NCBI GenBank assembly: GCA_054661495.1
Contig: BAAFSQ010000065.1
Coordinates: 1 to 32,000, forward strand
Direction of reading: 5' to 3'
Length of the DNA: 32,000 nt
Origin: Zygophlyctis sp. KS116
Taxonomy: Eukaryota; Fungi; Chytridiomycota
Shown piece after piece: positions 27,201 to 32,000 of this stretch. Below the pieces are notes generated by a model. It had not been told where the DNA came from, made no database searches, and was given only the letters and a program-made list of their open reading frames with translations. The position numbers and the translations under genes are program-made. How positions within the stretch are numbered: position 1 is the first letter of the stretch; every line of letters begins with the position of its first letter.

Positions 27201-29525
27201 AGTCCTATTCGTCTGAAGCCATCGTGACGCACATAGCCGCAGTTCGGGATCATTATGATGCAGATAGTCAAGAACCAAAGTTAACGGTCTGAATAAAACA
27301 CTACTACAGACTTTCAAACGGGAATCTACCATTTTAATTTGTGAAAAATACCATCCAAATGTGTAATGTAAAAAAATGCAGAGAATTTTTTCAGATTTAA
27401 TTGAGGAGATGAGATGATCAGTTGAGCGATTGTATTCTCTATCAAATAAGTGCTTTTGTACAATTTGAACAATTTCCAGAGGTTATCAGTAACTTTAGAA
27501 TGTAAATTTTCATGCTCTTCGTCTAAATATCGCCAGAACTGTAGTTTGAAATGAGCGAAAAAATACCTTTATAAATGAATCAGTTATGTAATGATTATAA
27601 TGCTGAGGCTGAGCGCAATTTGTATCTAGATGTATAATTATGGTTAAGAAACTATCTAATATATTAAATGATGTAACCTATAAATTAAGCCAGAAAAATA
27701 CCATTGACGCGGCATTAATTAAAAGTGCCTGCACTTTTAGCTTTGCATCATCTGATAATGAATAATGTTTCAAAAATAGAGCCCATATCTGCTGGCTTTT
27801 ATAAATAATATCTACACCCTCCGTTGTCTCTAGCAGTGTATTGTTACTGAGTTGCAACACGATTTCTGAAAAAATATCTGAAAAATACATCAGAGCTTGA
27901 GCCATTAGCTGATTTCCAACGGGCAAGCCCCTCTCAAATATATCAGAATTAGAATCTTCATAAAAATCAATCGCAGAACTAGAAATTGAATCCAAATCCC
28001 ATGATGTTTGGATGGCATTATTGGAGCTTGTGTCATTTGATACAGCATTTTGGACTAGTTGATCCAGAAAAGTATAAATTCCGGTTAGAAGCATATGTTT
28101 AGAGCTTTGGCAATGCTTTTGGATAAATTTATTCCTGAATTACCTTTAGTAAATATATATATCTAATAATCATAAAAGGAAAGTGTATGCTGTATATTTG
28201 CGGTCCTTTCCATGAGAAATCTGATATCAAGAATATGGCAGCTCTGTTCAACTCTTCAACTTTTAAATGTTTTGTAACATGAAAATGCTTCCATATTTCA
28301 AAGGGACTGATGAGCCTAAATAACTGATTCAACGCCTGAACAAACCCCTATTAAATTATTTAAAAAAATTACCTCTGAATTTGACTCCATACTCTGAACT
28401 GTGAGCAAAAAAGTAAAAAATGTGCCTGAAAATACAGGTATCCCAATAGCTTCCTTATCTTGCAAAGAAGACACTATATTAATAGCGATTTGTAGAGAAT
28501 CTTTCAGTTCCTATCTGTTATACTCCAATCAAAACTACCTTTAAACAGTCAACAACTTGAATAGTAACCTCTAGAGTCAACTGCTCGGTATTTTGTCCAG
28601 AAGAAGAATTCTGTACCAATAACCAAGAATATAATCGCCTATTTAGCGACATATCCCTTCTTAAAACCGTTTTTAAAGCTGAAAATATCAGTACATTTGA
28701 AAGATTCTTAAAATAATTTCGACATGATTCAAAAGGTAGATATTTCAATAGAAAATCTAAAGCATTCCTTTGTACCAAAACCGAAGAATCCGTCAAAGAC
28801 TCTGAAATAGCTCTAACCATGAGCGCAGGCTCGCTTCCAATCAGAATCCCAATATCCTCCTTTGAAAACTGATTTCCCAATTTCTTTAATAGAAAAACAA
28901 GACCATTAAACCTTGATCTTGGACTTGAAATAATCCCAATCCAAAGACAATGATAAAAATAAACTTCTCCTAAATTCCTACATAGATCATCTAGAATACA
29001 ATAAGCCTTTTCAGAAATTTCATTTTCTTCTTCAAAACCGGGAAGAAGAGCCAAAATTAAACCTTTTAGACACGGTCTTAAATCATCTCCCAGTGGTAAA
29101 TAGTACTTTTGATAGATCTCTAGTAGAGCTGGCTAATATTTTAAAAAATGTAATTACTTTAACAGTAACCGATGCATCATGCAAAAAAGCAAAAAGCCCA
29201 AGACTCCATAATGGAAGATCCGCCACCAACTGTTTTCTTTGAGCGTCTAACGTTAAAATATGAAATTACGTGCAAAAATTAAAGAGTAAACTTCAAGTGT
29301 TTTCTGATGTACTCCAGAGGGCAAAGCAGGATTTAGACATTGCGCTAATCTCTTTGAAATAAGATTTTTCCTTGGGAGAGATAAACAATTTGGAAGGAAA
29401 TTTGAGAGTATTTTATGGATTTTTGTCAGAAATTCAATTACATCCGCCCAGTCCGAAACCGAATCAAAGGAAGAGAGTGCAACTTCTAGAGCGGAAGTAA
29501 ACTTTTTAAGATTATGTTCCTGCAT
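24258..29525 (-). CDS. DOP1: Dopey/Dop1 family Golgi-endosome trafficking protein, ~1622 aa, 16 exons
   Basis: Dopey_N: F..V.DWAD.I.FL, KRLAQCLNPALPSGVHQKTLEVY, LLPGFEEE, VLRRDMSLNRRLYSWL; C-terminal LELHRWIFI. 15 introns of 23-30 nt; spliced length 4869 nt. Confidence 0.93.
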
Positions 29526-29726
29526 TTTCTTGATTATTAAAAGACTTTAGAATACCAACTTTTGACAGTCAAAAAGGTCTTGGTCAAGCGTTGAGTCGTT
29601 GAATTCGCCAAATGTCCGAAACTAACGACTAAGCCCCGAGTTAAAACCCCGAATCAACGCTAACCTCTAGCAGTGAGTTAAGTACCTGATAAACTTGAAC
29701 GCATCGGTTAAAATAATACCCGAAAA
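29526..29726. promoter_or_regulatory. 201-bp CpG-rich divergent spacer (DOP1 / RMD1) with several inverted repeats
   Basis: TTTTGAC-A-GTCAAAA palindrome at 29560-29574; AGCGTTGAGTCG pairs with CGAATCAACGCT; AGTCGTT pairs with AACGACT. Confidence 0.55.
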
Positions 29727-31098
29727 ATGAATAAAAGAGCTGGAATAATCACGAATAAACCTATCGCTGCTAAATATTCTATACTTCCAGAACCGCAGAA
29801 TTCTGAAATTTTGCTTCCAGTAACAACTGCTCCGCAAACACAAAAAACTAATGCTAAAGCTATTTTTGCTAAAAGGTAATTTTTAAGAAATAATTTATAG
29901 AACTACTAAAAATTCTCAAAAACTAAAGTTATTTCCTGAAGGGGAAGCTAAAAGTTTGGAAGTTGAGCCGACTCAAGAAATTGCAAGTGCCAACCTACCC
30001 CATGTCCTTGCAACTGCAAAGAAGGATGATTGGCTCATTAATAAATTAGAAAGAAAGTGGTTACCAAGAGTCACAGGTTATTGTACGGCAAATTCTTATA
30101 AAATTGATGCTCTGTTTGATGATTTGAAAAAAAGAGTATTGTTGAATGGAACAAACCCTAAAAGGTTTGATGAAGTTATTTACACGACTTTTACATTCGA
30201 AAGTTCAATTGTTCCGAATGTTGAAGTACCAAATTCTTCTACTGAACCTTTTTTGTTTCAGAATATTGATTCAAGTGGTCAAGAAATTCCTGATAATTTT
30301 CCAGTAAACTTTCTTGCAAAAAGAATTGCTCCTTATGGAGAAATTCTGTTTTTTGAATACGGCGTGGTTGTAATGTGGGGGTTTTCTTTGGAAGAAGAAA
30401 GTAGAATGTTGGATTATTTAAAGTTATTCGAAGAAGATTCCTTGAGTGAAGAAGATATTCAGACTGAAGAATTTCATTTTCATTATCATATTCACTGTCA
30501 ACCAAGAATATACAATGATGTAATAACGCTTAAAAATCCAGCAAATTTTATGATTAAACTTACAATTTCACACTCAGTTGCACAATCTTGTAAATTAGCA
30601 CTTTTTGAAGGACTTATGGATCAGACAATCGGTAGGTGTACCTAATTTTATTCATTCAAAGAAAATACACGCAATGTACCCCAGATTATGGCAGAGCAAG
30701 GGAAAATTAGAATGTCAAGACATGCAATCAATAGGAAAATTGGCACTCTGTTTATTATGAGAATTAACGTAAATCTTGTTTCGAATGTTCTTGGTAATAT
30801 TTAATTAACTGATATGATAGATACACCTGAAATTTTTTGGTCAGAGCCTGCTTTAGAGCCTCTTTACGTAGCTATCAGAGGATATTTAGAAATATCTCAA
30901 AGAGTTGATCTTCTAAATAAGCGTGTGGGGGTTATTTCAGATCTTTTGGATATGCTAAAGGAACATCTAAATTCTTCTCATGGAGAACAGTTAGAATGGA
31001 TTGTAATCATTCTTATTGCGTTTGAAATAGTGATTGGAATTATCACTATTGCCTTTGATCTAACTACATATTTGCAACATCCAAATAATGCATTGTGA
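29727..31098 (+). CDS. RMD1: Rmd1 / DUF155 family protein, 429 aa
   Basis: R|TTKNSQKLKLFP, LPRVTGYCTA.SY, FFEYGVVVMWG, KLTISHSVAQS.KL..FE, WSEPALEPLY.AIRGYLEISQRV, LEWIVIILI. Introns 29876-29900, 30632-30661, 30794-30820. The start codon is less certain. Confidence 0.9.
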
Positions 31099-31120
31099 CC
31101 GGTCTCAGAAGTCGGATTTT

Positions 31121-31181
31121 GAGTAAAAAAACATTTTTATTAATTGTGCGTATTTGTTAAGAGAAAACAAACATTTTTATT
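31121..31181. repeat. 21-bp imperfect direct repeat, period 40 bp, at the 3' end of RAM1
   Basis: gagtaaaaaaacatttttatt (31121-31141) versus gagaaaacaaacatttttatt (31161-31181), 19/21 with a 13-bp perfect core. Confidence 0.8.
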
Positions 31182-32000
31182 GAAGCGACTGCATCTAACC
31201 CAATATTGTGAAGAGGGTGAGTAGGAAGCAATAGATTAGTTGATTTTCCTAGTACGAGTGTCTCCTCATCCACTTCAAAATCGCATGTCTCCGCAGACCA
31301 CAGATATGAATGCTGAGCAATCGATAGCCCTGATAAACAATAACAAGTATGATAAAAATCTGGTCGCCTTTTTTTAAGATTCAAAAAGATTACTTTCCTG
31401 GCTTGTCTCTCAAACCTCCATATTCATCTTGACAACAAGAAAGAATATATTCCTGTAGCCGAATACGGTCAATTATTGCATTAGATTTGACCGTTTTCGC
31501 CAGTCCCACAAGAGGTCCTAGAGCTCCAACCCAAAAAGAATAGCAACCATCTACAAGTTTGTTCTAGAGCATTAATGCCAAAAAAATTACAGTTCTTCCT
31601 TGACATGCTCCTTCCAATATCATTTGTCTAGATATAGTCCAATGCATCAAAGACTGTAGATCAATGTCATCTAATGATTTTTTGAGCAATATTAACGCCG
31701 AAATACCACAATAAGTATAACCTCCATGAGCTTCGTTCCCTGGTAATCCACCGAAGCCACCTTCATATGTTTGACATGATTTAATATAATGTTCCATATT
31801 GTGTGTCAACTCTGGAGTTACGATACCCAGCAGCGATGCGACTGAAAGAACGCAATAACTTGCACGAATATCAACCTCTCCATCAGTATGCATTACAAAA
31901 GAACCATCATTTTGCTTCAAAGATATCATCCAAGTATACATCTCCTTCCTCAATATACATTTAAATCCTTCTTCCAGGCCAAGAATGGCTAAAGCATGTA
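31157..32000 (-). CDS. RAM1: Protein farnesyltransferase beta subunit, 3' part (5' end is outside the window)
   Basis: GEVDIRASYC, CQTYEGG....PGNEAHGGYTYC, QGRT|NKLVDGCYSFW, GGLRDKPGK|RPDFYHTCYCLSGLSIAQH. Introns 31564-31590 and 31368-31393. Confidence 0.95.

Noticed and set aside
29530-29704. Extra upstream coding exons for DOP1 starting at the minus-strand ATG near 29704
   Set aside because: All GT-AG combinations I tried hit a stop or the wrong phase before the 29525 ATG.

Overview
Eukaryotic nuclear DNA, AT-rich, standard genetic code, most likely an early-diverging (chytrid-like) fungus; the species cannot be assigned. The window holds 15 apparently intact protein-coding genes: DJ-1/PfpI, EPG5, EMI1, UBX5, MDM20/NAA25, PGM, NOB1, GFA1, PRP28, two orphans, BET1-like, DOP1, RMD1 and partial RAM1. 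A ~2.7 kb accessory or decayed block lies at 8.5-11.15 kb. The genome architecture stands out in three ways. (1) I reconstructed by hand 79 GT-AG introns, all 23-33 nt long (mode 25-26), which explains the fragmented ORF track; every complete gene model comes out as an exact multiple of 3. (2) Gene orientation alternates almost perfectly. (3) Convergent genes end stop-to-stop (gaps of -8 to +3 bp in 5 of 6 pairs), while divergent genes share 33-201 bp. The accessory block looks like a small coiled-coil gene split by a ~1.8 kb insertion, and it is bracketed by a 36-bp repeat of EMI1 sequence. No tRNA, rRNA or CRISPR array is recognisable. All family assignments are from motif recognition by eye, not database searches.
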